Positions 8,285-17,204 of a stretch of DNA of 32,000 bases are shown piece by piece. Under the pieces are notes generated by a model. The model did not search any database. It saw only the letters and a program-made list of their open reading frames with translations, and was not told the origin of the DNA. The position numbers and the translations under genes were made by a program. Source of the DNA: Candidatus Scalindua sp. (GTDB taxonomy: Bacteria > Planctomycetota > Brocadiia > Brocadiales > Scalinduaceae); assembly GCA_031316235.1 (NCBI GenBank), contig JALDRA010000001.1, forward strand, positions 1,380,001 to 1,412,000, given 5' to 3'. Position 1 is the first letter of the stretch; every line of letters begins with the position of its first letter.

Positions 8285-11200
8285 TATACACCTCCTCTGT
8301 AGCTAAAACTGTCTCATCATCAAGATGTTCTTCCTGACGAATCCTCTCTAATGATTTTCTATATTCCATTGGTATAACTTTAACGAATAAAGGCAGACTG
8401 CTTTCCCAGTGATCAAGGATCTCTTTTCCCCTGACACTTTGGGTATATTTTACATGTTTTTCCAACAAGGCATAAAGGATTTTTTTGTCCTCTTCAGTCC
8501 AGACACTTTCCAAATCAACCATATCCAAATTGCACTTCATACCGAACCATTCGTGCTCATCATAAACATAGGCTATGCCACCGCTCATCCCGGCTCCAAA
8601 ATTGTTCCCTGTCTGCCCGATAACGACCACAATACCCCCAGTCATATACTCGCATCCGTGATCACCAACGCCTTCGACAACTGCCGTTGCTCCGCTGTTC
8701 CTCACAGCAAAACGCTCACCCACCATGCCATGGAGATATAGCTCCCCTTTTGTAGCACCATAGAGGATCACATTACCGGCGATAATATTTTCATGAGGTT
8801 TGAATGTTGTTCCCCGAGGAGGGTTGATGATAATTTTCCCTCCAGACATACCCTTGCCAACATAGTCGTTTGCATCACCTTCGACACGTATGGTTACCCC
8901 GGGAACCATAAATGCTCCAAGGCTCTGTCCGGCAGACCCGGTAAAATTAAGCTGAATCGTATCTTCAGGTAGTCCGAGTGAACCGAATTTCCGGGTTATT
9001 TCACTACACAGCATAGTCCCCACCGTTCGATTAACATTCCTGATCGGAAGATTGATGATAGTGGGTTCCTTTTTTGTTAATGTTCCTTCTGACAACCTGA
9101 TCAGTTCATTATCCAGCGCTTCTGACAACTCATGGTCCTGCGCTTTAACACATCGTAAGTTGTTCTTGCCTCCGGGATCGGAGTGCGTTAAAAGTGCACT
9201 GAAATCCAGATGCTTCGCTTTCCAATGGTTTGCAGCATCTTGTACCTCAAGTTTATCAACGCGCCCTACCATTTCATCCACCGTTTTCATACCCAACTCA
9301 GCCATATATTCGCGCATTTCCCGGGCTATAAATCGGAAATAACGCTCTACATATTCAACTTTTCCTTCAAACTTCTCACGGAGAACAGGATTTTGCGTTG
9401 CAACGCCGACCGGGCAGGTATTCATATGACATTTTCTCATCAAAACACATCCCAGGGTAACTAAAACGGATGTCCCGAATCCGTATTCCTCGGCACCAAG
9501 CAGAGCCGCAATCACACAATCTCGGCCCGTCTTGAGCTGGCCATCCGTCTGTACAACAATTCTGTCTCGCAGCCCGTTGGCTACAAGTGTCTGCTGGGTT
9601 TCCGACAATCCGAGCTCCCAAGGCACACCAGCATGTAATATGCTGGACCAGGGTGCCGCCCCGGTGCCCCCATCATACCCGCTGATAAGCACAAGATCTG
9701 CCTTCGCTTTCGCTACGCCTGCAGCAACGGTACCAACACCCGCAGCAGAAACGAGCTTCACCGATACCTTTGCTTTCGGATTGGAACAATGAAGATCATA
9801 AATTATCTGTTTCAAGTCCTCTATTGAATAAATGTCATGGTGAGGTGGAGGAGAAATCAGCGAAACACCGGGTGTAGTATGCCTTACTTTCGCAATTTCA
9901 GGACTCACCTTATGTCCGGGCAGGTGCCCCCCCTCTCCGGGTTTCGCTCCCTGGGCAATTTTTATCTGAAGTTCCTCTGCATTCAAGAGGTACTCGCTGG
10001 TTACTCCAAAACGGCCAGATGCAACCTGCTTGATTTTGGAGATTTTCCAGTCACCATTCGGGAGCTTCTTAAATCTTTCAGGGTCTTCACCCCCTTCTCC
10101 AGAATTACTCCGCCCGCCAATGCGGTTCATTGCTATAGCAATCGCCTCATGAGTTTCCCTACTGACAGAGCCAAAAGACATTGCTGCTGTAACAAACCGC
10201 TTCATGATATCTTCTATCGGTTCGACTTCTTCAATGGGAACCTTCACACACTCTTTAAATTTAAACAGACCTCGCAATGTAGCTAGCTCTTTCGTCTGAT
10301 TATCTATCAGCCGGGTAAACTCTTTGAAAACTTTATAGTCATCATTGCGGGTAGCCTGCTGGAGTTTGTATATTGTCTCGGGAACCCAGAGATGTTTTTC
10401 TCCTCCATATTTCACAGAAAAACGTCCCCCGATATCCAGGAGTTCATCAGGATGACCATTAGGTGGATATGCTTTCCGGTGCCGCGCATAAACTTCCTGT
10501 GCGATCTCCTCCAGGCCAATACCGCCTACCCGTGAAGATGTGTTACAGAAATATTGATCGATTACTGATCTATCTATCCCTATAGCCTCAAAAATCTGAG
10601 ACCCGAAGAAACTCCGGATAGTTGAAATACCCATCCGGCTAAACGTCTTCAAAAGACCTTTCTTAATTGCAGAGATGTAGCTGTCCATCGCATCTTCAGC
10701 AGACATCCCATTTCCAATGAGCGATTGTTCGGACAATTCCCTCACTGAACTGAAAGCAACATAGGGACAAATAGCTGAAATCCCGAAAGCAATAAGAAGA
10801 GAAAAGTGCATGACTTCCCGTGCCTCTCCCGTTTCAATAATCAATCCACATGCATTCCTGAGACCCTTCTTTATCAAATGGTGATGCAGACCGGACACAG
10901 CAAGAAGTGCTGGAATAGGGCATCGGTTCTTATCCATACTCCTGTCTGTGAGAATCAGAATATTGGCACCATCTTCGATATGTCTCTCCGCTTTTTCAAA
11001 TAGTGACTCCATAGCTGAATATAACGCGCTCCCCCCCCCTTCGGCAGAAAAAAGGATGTCGACTTTCCGAACCAACATGTGCGGATGGTTAGCGTTACGA
11101 ATACGCCACATATCAGTAGGACTGAGTATGGGATGTGACAACTTCAGCTGCCTGCACTGTTCCGGTGTTTCTTCAAGGAGTCCACCTTTTTTTCCGAGAA

Positions 11201-12902
11201 AACTCATCAGCGACATCACAAGCTCTTCACGCAAAGGATCGATAGGCGGGTTCGTTACCTGTGCAAACAATTGCTTGAAATAATGAAACAAAAGCTGGGG
11301 CTTATTGGACAGCACCGCAAGAGCATTATCATTTCCCATGGCCCCAATTGGCTCCTGCCCCTGACTGGACATAGGAACAATCAAGGAATTAACATCTTCT
11401 TCAGTATAGCCAAATGCATGCTGCTGGATCCGAAGCTCTTCCAGGTTAATTTTTGGCACCCTGGACGGATTAAAGAGTCCGCGGAGTTCAATCAGGTTTT
11501 CTTTCAGCCAACGCCGATACGGTGATTGTCTTGATATTTTTGCCTTGATTTCATTGTCCGGTACCACCCGGTTCTGCTGCAAATCTACCAGAAACATTTT
11601 GCCGGGTTGTAACCTCCCGCGTTGACGGACCTTATCTCCCGGGATATCAAGGACACCGGTTTCAGAAGCCATGACTATCATGCCGCCTTTGGTTACCGTG
11701 TAACGCGCAGGCCTTAATCCATTCCTGTCGAGCATGGCCCCTATATATCGCCCATCAGTAATAACAATAGCGGCGGGGCCATCCCATGGCTCCATAAAAG
11801 AGGCATGATACTCATAAAAGCCGCGTTTATCTTCACTCATATAGTATTTTTTTCCGTAGGCTTCAGGAACCATCATCATAGCTGCATGAGAAAGAGATCT
11901 GCCTGCATGGATGAGTAATTCAAACACGTTATCAAAAATTGCCGAATCGCTGCCAAATTCATCATGAATAATTGGCTTAATTTTATCTATGTCAGCACCA
12001 AATGATTCCGACCGTAAATCTTTCTCTCGGGATTTCATCTGATTAATATTCCCGCGCAGGGTATTGATTTCTCCATTATGTGCAAGGCAGCGGAAAGGCT
12101 GTGCCAGATTCCAGGCTGGTAAAGTATTTGTGCTGTAACGCTGATGAATAATGCCAAACGCCGACATAAAACGAGAATCACCAAGATCAGAAAAAAAGAG
12201 AGGCAATTGGGTGCCCGTCAGCAATCCTTTGTAAACAACGGTCTTACAACTCAAGCTGCAAACATAAAACTGGCTGAAATCTCCCGTCGTCCAGGAGGAA
12301 ATCTCCTTTTCTAGGGAACGCCTCATGATATAAAGTCTCCTTTCAAGCTCTTCACCTTCATGTGTGCCACCCGATACGAAAATCTGATATATTGTGGGTT
12401 GTGTTACGCGGCTGAGTTCACCCAAGCAATCACTCTTGACAGGAACACTTCTCCACCCAAGCAGTGTGCAATTTTCAGACTCAACCATTTCCTGAACTGT
12501 TTTTCTGCATTTTTCCCTCAATGATTCTTCCGGCGGAAGAAAAAACATTCCCACCCCGTACTTTCCGGGCTGAGGCAATACAATACCCTGACCCTCACAC
12601 ACTCTGCGGAAGAATTCATCAGGAATCTGGACCATAAGTCCACCGCCGTCTCCTGTCCTTTTATCACTTCCGACAGCACCTCGGTGTTCCAGATTTATTG
12701 AAACCCGGATCGCATTCTTTATCACATCATGCGTCGGAGTGCCGTCAATCTGTGCCACAAAACCAACACCGCAGGCACCGTGCTCAAACTTTGGATCGTA
12801 CATCCCATTCCGTTTAGGCTGACCCGCCAGATTAACGTTAAAGAAATTATTACTCTCAGGCATACCAGTTTTTTTCTTTTCCATTATCATTTCCATCCTC
12901 AA
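8277..12902 (-). CDS. gltB: Glutamate synthase large subunit (Ntn amidotransferase, FMN/Fe-S and GXGXG domains)
   Basis: The N-terminal nucleophile context is HGACGVGFVAQ. The FMN domain and the C-terminal beta-helix (GNNFGAGMSGG) are present. The track start is a TTG at 12902. ATGs at 12896 and 12890 follow a GAGGA site and are more likely starts. Confidence 0.95.
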   Translation of the reverse strand: MRMEMIMEKKKTGMPESNNFFNVNLAGQPKRNGMYDPKFEHGACGVGFVAQIDGTPTHDVIKNAIRVSINLEHRGAVGSDKRTGDGGGLMVQIPDEFFRRVCEGQGIVLPQPGKYGVGMFFLPPEESLREKCRKTVQEMVESENCTLLGWRSVPVKSDCLGELSRVTQPTIYQIFVSGGTHEGEELERRLYIMRRSLEKEISSWTTGDFSQFYVCSLSCKTVVYKGLLTGTQLPLFFSDLGDSRFMSAFGIIHQRYSTNTLPAWNLAQPFRCLAHNGEINTLRGNINQMKSREKDLRSESFGADIDKIKPIIHDEFGSDSAIFDNVFELLIHAGRSLSHAAMMMVPEAYGKKYYMSEDKRGFYEYHASFMEPWDGPAAIVITDGRYIGAMLDRNGLRPARYTVTKGGMIVMASETGVLDIPGDKVRQRGRLQPGKMFLVDLQQNRVVPDNEIKAKISRQSPYRRWLKENLIELRGLFNPSRVPKINLEELRIQQHAFGYTEEDVNSLIVPMSSQGQEPIGAMGNDNALAVLSNKPQLLFHYFKQLFAQVTNPPIDPLREELVMSLMSFLGKKGGLLEETPEQCRQLKLSHPILSPTDMWRIRNANHPHMLVRKVDILFSAEGGGSALYSAMESLFEKAERHIEDGANILILTDRSMDKNRCPIPALLAVSGLHHHLIKKGLRNACGLIIETGEAREVMHFSLLIAFGISAICPYVAFSSVRELSEQSLIGNGMSAEDAMDSYISAIKKGLLKTFSRMGISTIRSFFGSQIFEAIGIDRSVIDQYFCNTSSRVGGIGLEEIAQEVYARHRKAYPPNGHPDELLDIGGRFSVKYGGEKHLWVPETIYKLQQATRNDDYKVFKEFTRLIDNQTKELATLRGLFKFKECVKVPIEEVEPIEDIMKRFVTAAMSFGSVSRETHEAIAIAMNRIGGRSNSGEGGEDPERFKKLPNGDWKISKIKQVASGRFGVTSEYLLNAEELQIKIAQGAKPGEGGHLPGHKVSPEIAKVRHTTPGVSLISPPPHHDIYSIEDLKQIIYDLHCSNPKAKVSVKLVSAAGVGTVAAGVAKAKADLVLISGYDGGTGAAPWSSILHAGVPWELGLSETQQTLVANGLRDRIVVQTDGQLKTGRDCVIAALLGAEEYGFGTSVLVTLGCVLMRKCHMNTCPVGVATQNPVLREKFEGKVEYVERYFRFIAREMREYMAELGMKTVDEMVGRVDKLEVQDAANHWKAKHLDFSALLTHSDPGGKNNLRCVKAQDHELSEALDNELIRLSEGTLTKKEPTIINLPIRNVNRTVGTMLCSEITRKFGSLGLPEDTIQLNFTGSAGQSLGAFMVPGVTIRVEGDANDYVGKGMSGGKIIINPPRGTTFKPHENIIAGNVILYGATKGELYLHGMVGERFAVRNSGATAVVEGVGDHGCEYMTGGIVVVIGQTGNNFGAGMSGGIAYVYDEHEWFGMKCNLDMVDLESVWTEEDKKILYALLEKHVKYTQSVRGKEILDHWESSLPLFVKVIPMEYRKSLERIRQEEHLDDETVLATEEVYNG

Positions 12903-12926
12903 TGTCCATTTGACCGTAACAAATCA

Positions 12927-12955
12927 ATATCAGGTGGAACATACTCATCTTGCAA
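12927..12955 (-). promoter_or_regulatory. Candidate gltBD promoter whose -35 lies in the terminus of repeat copy B
   Basis: On the minus strand the site reads TTGCAA (12955-12950), a 17-nt spacer, then TGATAT (12932-12927). It lies about 25-35 nt upstream of the gltB start candidates. Confidence 0.3.
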
Positions 12956-13055
12956 TGGTTTTCGGATAAAATCCGAGATAAAATTGAGCGAGTACAAGTC
13001 CTCGGCAAGCTTTTGTCCGGGGATACCCAAAAGAGAGATTATAAGATGAGTATAC
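12939..13055. repeat. Family-1 117-bp TIR repeat, copy B (intergenic, between gltB and the START-domain gene)
   Basis: The perfect 11-bp terminal inverted repeats are atactcatctt (12941-12951) and aagatgagtat (13043-13053). The core ggttttcggataaaatccgagataaaattgagcgagtacaagtcctcggc is the reverse complement of copy C. Confidence 0.8.
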
Positions 13056-13068
13056 AAGCATGTACTGA

Positions 13069-13782
13069 TTAAGGATGCAGAGTAACGGTTGCCACTACAG
13101 GTATACGACGAAAACGGTCAGCCACCTGGATCTCAAGCTCCCTGAGAAACCGGTAAGGCACTTTACGATATCCAGAATTTACCAACCAGGCTGGTAACCA
13201 GCCACCCGGATCCACATCGGCATAGAGTTCAACATGGGTATGAGTTGAATCGATCTTCTTTAAAATCCAGTGAGATTTCAAGTGGGAAATCTTAACCCTC
13301 CTGGCAACTTTGTGTGTATCCTGACGATCAACAAGTTCTATATCTAAGCGTATAGCCCCGATAGCAGGATCTCGAATCAAGACCCTCCTGGCAGTGTATT
13401 CCCTGTCAGCAACAGGCCAGACACCTTTACAGGCAACATAGATAATAGTTTCACGATCATTGATCTGTTCAATATTTTGGGCCTCAATACAAAGAGGAAC
13501 CCAGTGAGGCATACTCTCTGTTTCCAGAAGTACTGACACGTAGTCAGAAATCGTACCACTGAGGCTTCCAACTGCCTTAAACTCGAAAAACCTTGAACCT
13601 TCCTTCATGCGCTTATAGACCTTAACCTCCTGCTGTACCATGACAGGTTGCCACCCCTCCTCTTCCGCTGTCAACGGGATACAGGAAAAGAGAGCAGCTA
13701 CCAGCAAAAAACTCAAAAAAAGAAGAAACTGCGCTCCTGTCTGCTTTCTTGATACCAATCTCTTACCTATCTTCATAACCAA
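13069..13782 (-). CDS. START/SRPBCC lipid-binding-domain protein with an N-terminal signal or lipoprotein-like anchor
   Basis: A hydrophobic leader ends in ALFSC. It is followed by a START-like fold signature (FEFKAVGSL...WVPLC...YVACKGVWPVADREY). The start codon is TTG. Confidence 0.55.
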   Translation of the reverse strand: MVMKIGKRLVSRKQTGAQFLLFLSFLLVAALFSCIPLTAEEEGWQPVMVQQEVKVYKRMKEGSRFFEFKAVGSLSGTISDYVSVLLETESMPHWVPLCIEAQNIEQINDRETIIYVACKGVWPVADREYTARRVLIRDPAIGAIRLDIELVDRQDTHKVARRVKISHLKSHWILKKIDSTHTHVELYADVDPGGWLPAWLVNSGYRKVPYRFLRELEIQVADRFRRIPVVATVTLHP

Positions 13783-14025
13783 CTCCTACAATAAATTACA
13801 AATAAACCATATACTCTAAAATCGCAGCAATTGTTATACCAATAAAGCAGATCCTAGTATGTGTATTTGTATATCCCGCGTAAGGGTGCAACCTGTAAAA
13901 TCTTATGAGAATGAATTTATCCTGACTATAATTTGTACAGGGTCCTTAATTTTATAAACCCATCTAAATTTCAATATTTTCGCATTTACCACAAAACGTT
14001 CCGAAATATTTACGCGGTGAATACC

Positions 14026-14054
14026 TTGAAATTACGAGAAATAAATTGTAATAT
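14026..14054 (+). promoter_or_regulatory. Candidate sigma-70 promoter for the 14129 gene
   Basis: The site reads TTGAAA (14026-14031), a 17-nt spacer, then TAATAT (14049-14054). It is followed directly by the inverted repeat GTACAT-N10-ATGTAC (14055-14076), then AAGGAG seven nt before the ATG. Confidence 0.45.
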
Positions 14055-14128
14055 GTACATATAAATTATAATGTACGTATCTTATCAATAGAAACAATTT
14101 TGCTAATACTTATTCAAGGAGATAAAAA

Positions 14129-14923
14129 ATGATCCGCAGTTTTTCTGTCTATCTATCAGGCCTTATCGTTATTGTACCTATTATCTGTCTGGTTCCCATT
14201 ACTGTGTTTGCAAAAGAGAATACCATAGGCGAAGAGCATCAGGGTATGAACACGGGAAGATTGCAGCGTATCAGCAATACGGAACCTGGCGATGCTCAAC
14301 CACCGATTTCAGGAAAAATAGTAGAAACAATGAATAGCGGCGGTTACACGTATCTCCTTTTAGAAAAAGAGGGAAAACAGACCTGGGTTGCTGTCAAGGA
14401 GATGAAAGTATCCGTCGGCCAGGAAATCTCCCTTGATCCGGGACATCAAATGGTCAATTTCACGAGTAAGACGCTAAACCGCACCTTCGATACAATCATT
14501 TTTTCTTCCGGCCCCTCTTCACTCCACGGTTCTTCTCAGTCTGACAAAAAGATGGGAATCGGGAGCAAGAACACAACCGTCCACAGTGAAGAAAAAGTTG
14601 AGGTAAAAAAAGCTGAAGGTGCTAATGTGTATACGATTGCAGAACTGTACCAGAAAGGTAAAAGACTTGACAAAAAAAGTGTTACTATTCGTGGTAAAGT
14701 AATGAAAGTTTCTGTCGGAATCATGGGCAAGAACTGGCTTCACATTCAGGACGGCACTGGGGATGAGAAGAACAATACACACGATCTTGTGGTAACCACC
14801 CAAGACCAACCCTCCGTTGACGATATCGTGAAGGTAAACGGAACCTTGTATCTGAACAAAGATTTCGGGAGTGGCTATAAATATGACGTTATCGTGGAGG
14901 AGGCACACATAAGTAAAGAATAG
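14129..14923 (+). CDS. Secreted two-domain hypothetical protein: an N-terminal 'GGYTY' beta-domain and a C-terminal BOF/YgiW-like OB-fold
   Basis: The signal peptide ends in ITVFA/KE. Domain 1 contains GKIVETMNSGGYTYLLLEKEGKQTWVAV...FTSKTLNRTFDTIIF. Domain 2 (VTIRGKVMKV...WLHIQDGTG...VKVNGTLYL...DVIVEEAHI) resembles periplasmic bacterial OB-fold proteins. Confidence 0.55.
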   Translation: MIRSFSVYLSGLIVIVPIICLVPITVFAKENTIGEEHQGMNTGRLQRISNTEPGDAQPPISGKIVETMNSGGYTYLLLEKEGKQTWVAVKEMKVSVGQEISLDPGHQMVNFTSKTLNRTFDTIIFSSGPSSLHGSSQSDKKMGIGSKNTTVHSEEKVEVKKAEGANVYTIAELYQKGKRLDKKSVTIRGKVMKVSVGIMGKNWLHIQDGTGDEKNNTHDLVVTTQDQPSVDDIVKVNGTLYLNKDFGSGYKYDVIVEEAHISKE

Positions 14924-14930
14924 GAGATTA

Positions 14931-14969
14931 AGGCACAGCTGACCCCCTGGCAGATAGTCAGCTGTGCCT
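14931..14969 (+). terminator. Perfect 13-bp stem-loop 8 nt after the stop codon (terminator-like, no U tract)
   Basis: aggcacagctgac (14931-14943) pairs with gtcagctgtgcct (14957-14969) around a 13-nt loop. Confidence 0.4.
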
Positions 14970-14997
14970 GAGTTGAATTCCATGGTATGAAATATAT

Positions 14998-15053
14998 ACT
15001 TCTCCCGCTTTAGGTTTCAAATGGAGAAGTACGATTAAAGCGCCTGCGCTTTA
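14998..15053 (+). promoter_or_regulatory. Two further hairpins in the leader of the molybdoenzyme gene
   Basis: acttctcc (14998-15005) pairs with ggagaagt (15023-15030). taaagcg (15036-15042) pairs with cgcttta (15047-15053) and is followed by gtgaaaatttta. Confidence 0.3.
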
Positions 15054-15093
15054 GTGAAAATTTTAGATTCTTACCTGCTTAAAAAGGAATAAC

Positions 15094-17190
15094 ATGCAGC
15101 AGAAAAAATCCGTGTGCCCCTATTGTGGAATAGGGTGTGGTTTATTAGTTGATTATGAGCATGGCGAGATTGTCCAAGTCAACCCAATGACAAACCACCC
15201 CGCAAATCAAGGGATTATTTGCCAATTACCCGTTAATCTGCCAAAGCTTTTCGCACACAAAGATCGATTGAGAAATCCGATGAGAAGGCAAAACAACCAA
15301 TTGATACCCGTCAGCTGGGACGAAGCTATCTCACATGTTGCGCTCGAACTTAACCGCATTATAAAGGATTACGGTCCCGATTCAGTTGCATTCTTTGGAG
15401 GTGCCGCCTGTTTTTCTGAAGAATATTATCTTGTAAACAAGTTAATGAAGACTGTTATCGGTTCTAATAATGTAGAAAGTACATCACGATTGTGTATGGT
15501 CAGCACAGCAATGGGCTTAATTTCAACACTCGGCGCTGATGCCCCCCCTGCCTGTTATGCGGATATAGAAGAAGCAGATCTTTTCTTTATTGCCGGCAAC
15601 AATATGGCTGTATCATTGCCCGTAATATTTAATCGTGTCCGTGCAGCTCGTGAGAAAAATTCCCACACGAAAGTAATCGTTGTAGATCCCCGAAAAACAG
15701 AGACTGCATCAATTGCCGACATCCATTTGCAGTTAAATCCCGGTACTGACGTTGCCTTAAACAATTCCCTGGCCTATGTCCTCATCAATAAGGGCTTTAT
15801 TGATGAGGACTTTATCAAGAAATACACTACAGGATTCGAAGATCTGAAAGAATTAGTACAAGAATATCCGCCCGCCCGTGCTGCCCAAATTACGGGTTGC
15901 AACGAAAAACAGATTTTTGAGACAGCACAAACAATTGGCCAGTCAAAGGCAATGCTCACGTTCTGGTTTCAAGGGTATAACCAATCAACACAAGCCGTCT
16001 TCAAAAACAACACCTTGCACAACTTATCATTGTTAACGGGTAATTATTGTCGTGTTGGCACTGGACCTCTGTCGATAACGGGTGAGGCAAATACGATGGG
16101 TTGCAGGTGGGGAGGAGCACTATCCCATCTCCTGCCTGGAATGAGGTTGGTTTCCAATAGTAAGCATCGAGAAGAGATTGCAGAACTTTTTGGTACTCCG
16201 GCAGAAAAAATAAATCCCATACCAGGTCTTTCTATCATAGATATCATCAAAGGCCTTCACTCCGGTGATGTGCGTGCACTGTGGGTCCTCGCATCAAACC
16301 CAGCTGCTTCACTCCCCGATACGGAATGGGTGAAAGCAGCACTGTCAAAAGCTGAATTGCTCATAGTGCAGGATATTTTCCATCCTACAGAAACATCGAT
16401 GCTTGCAGATGTTGTTCTTGCGGGGGCACAATGGTGCGAAAAAACCGGAACATTCATATCCTCAGAACGACGTATCGAACTGGTCGAGAAAATTGTAGAC
16501 CCCCCGGGAAATGCTAAATCCGATATCGAGATTATCTGTATGATAGCAAGAGAGATGGGATTTTCTGATAAATTTCCCTTTACCTCACCCGAAGAAGTAT
16601 TTGATGCGTTGAAAAAAACCACCCGTGGACGTATCTGTGATACAACTGGTGTAAGTTATGACCGGTTACGAAATAATACCGGTCCGCAATTACCTTGTCC
16701 CGAAGATGATCATCCCGGTACAATGCGATTATTTGAAGACAGGCAATTTCCCAGGCCGGATGGACGTGCAGCACTGCTTGCCCGACATTATCAAGGCCCT
16801 GCAGAAAAGACCGACAGTGAATATCCCTTTGCTCTCATAACTGGCCGCATGGCAAATCATTTCAACACGGGCACACGCACCGGCCGTCTTGCCGATAGTA
16901 ACGACACAGCACCTGTCAATTTTGTGGAAATCCATCCAGATGACTCCAGGGATATTGAACTTGCAGATGGGGATGAGGTAGATATCATTTCTCGCCGGGG
17001 CAGCGTTCGATGTGTCGTTTCAATCCAGGAAAGGATATTGACCGGGACTGTTTTCATGACTTTGCACTTTGGGGAAACTGTTTCAGGCAAAAAAAACACA
17101 CTGGCTAACCTTGTTTGCAATCCTGTTTACGATAACCATTCTAAGCAGCCGGAATACAAGTTCTGTGCAGTTAAAATTAAGAGAATTTAA
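15094..17190 (+). CDS. Cytoplasmic molybdopterin (bis-MGD) oxidoreductase resembling assimilatory nitrate reductase NarB/NasA
   Basis: There is no Tat or Sec signal. The N-terminal 4Fe-4S motif is CPYCGIGCG...C43. The putative Mo-ligand context is STSRLCMVSTAMG. The length of 698 aa and a C-terminal molybdopterin dinucleotide-binding domain fit the family. The substrate cannot be assigned from sequence. Confidence 0.7.
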   Translation: MQQKKSVCPYCGIGCGLLVDYEHGEIVQVNPMTNHPANQGIICQLPVNLPKLFAHKDRLRNPMRRQNNQLIPVSWDEAISHVALELNRIIKDYGPDSVAFFGGAACFSEEYYLVNKLMKTVIGSNNVESTSRLCMVSTAMGLISTLGADAPPACYADIEEADLFFIAGNNMAVSLPVIFNRVRAAREKNSHTKVIVVDPRKTETASIADIHLQLNPGTDVALNNSLAYVLINKGFIDEDFIKKYTTGFEDLKELVQEYPPARAAQITGCNEKQIFETAQTIGQSKAMLTFWFQGYNQSTQAVFKNNTLHNLSLLTGNYCRVGTGPLSITGEANTMGCRWGGALSHLLPGMRLVSNSKHREEIAELFGTPAEKINPIPGLSIIDIIKGLHSGDVRALWVLASNPAASLPDTEWVKAALSKAELLIVQDIFHPTETSMLADVVLAGAQWCEKTGTFISSERRIELVEKIVDPPGNAKSDIEIICMIAREMGFSDKFPFTSPEEVFDALKKTTRGRICDTTGVSYDRLRNNTGPQLPCPEDDHPGTMRLFEDRQFPRPDGRAALLARHYQGPAEKTDSEYPFALITGRMANHFNTGTRTGRLADSNDTAPVNFVEIHPDDSRDIELADGDEVDIISRRGSVRCVVSIQERILTGTVFMTLHFGETVSGKKNTLANLVCNPVYDNHSKQPEYKFCAVKIKRI

Positions 17191-17204
17191 CCTTTAAAAA
17201 ACTA

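Noticed and set aside
8409-11525. Numerous 65-150-aa plus-strand ORFs
   Set aside because: All are antisense to the 1541-aa glutamate synthase large subunit, and none has recognisable motifs.
12729-13049. A 106-aa plus-strand ORF spanning the gltB start and the intergenic region
   Set aside because: Its first part is antisense to gltB. Its second part (…YSSCNGFRIKSEIKLSEY…) is simply repeat family 1 read in an open frame.
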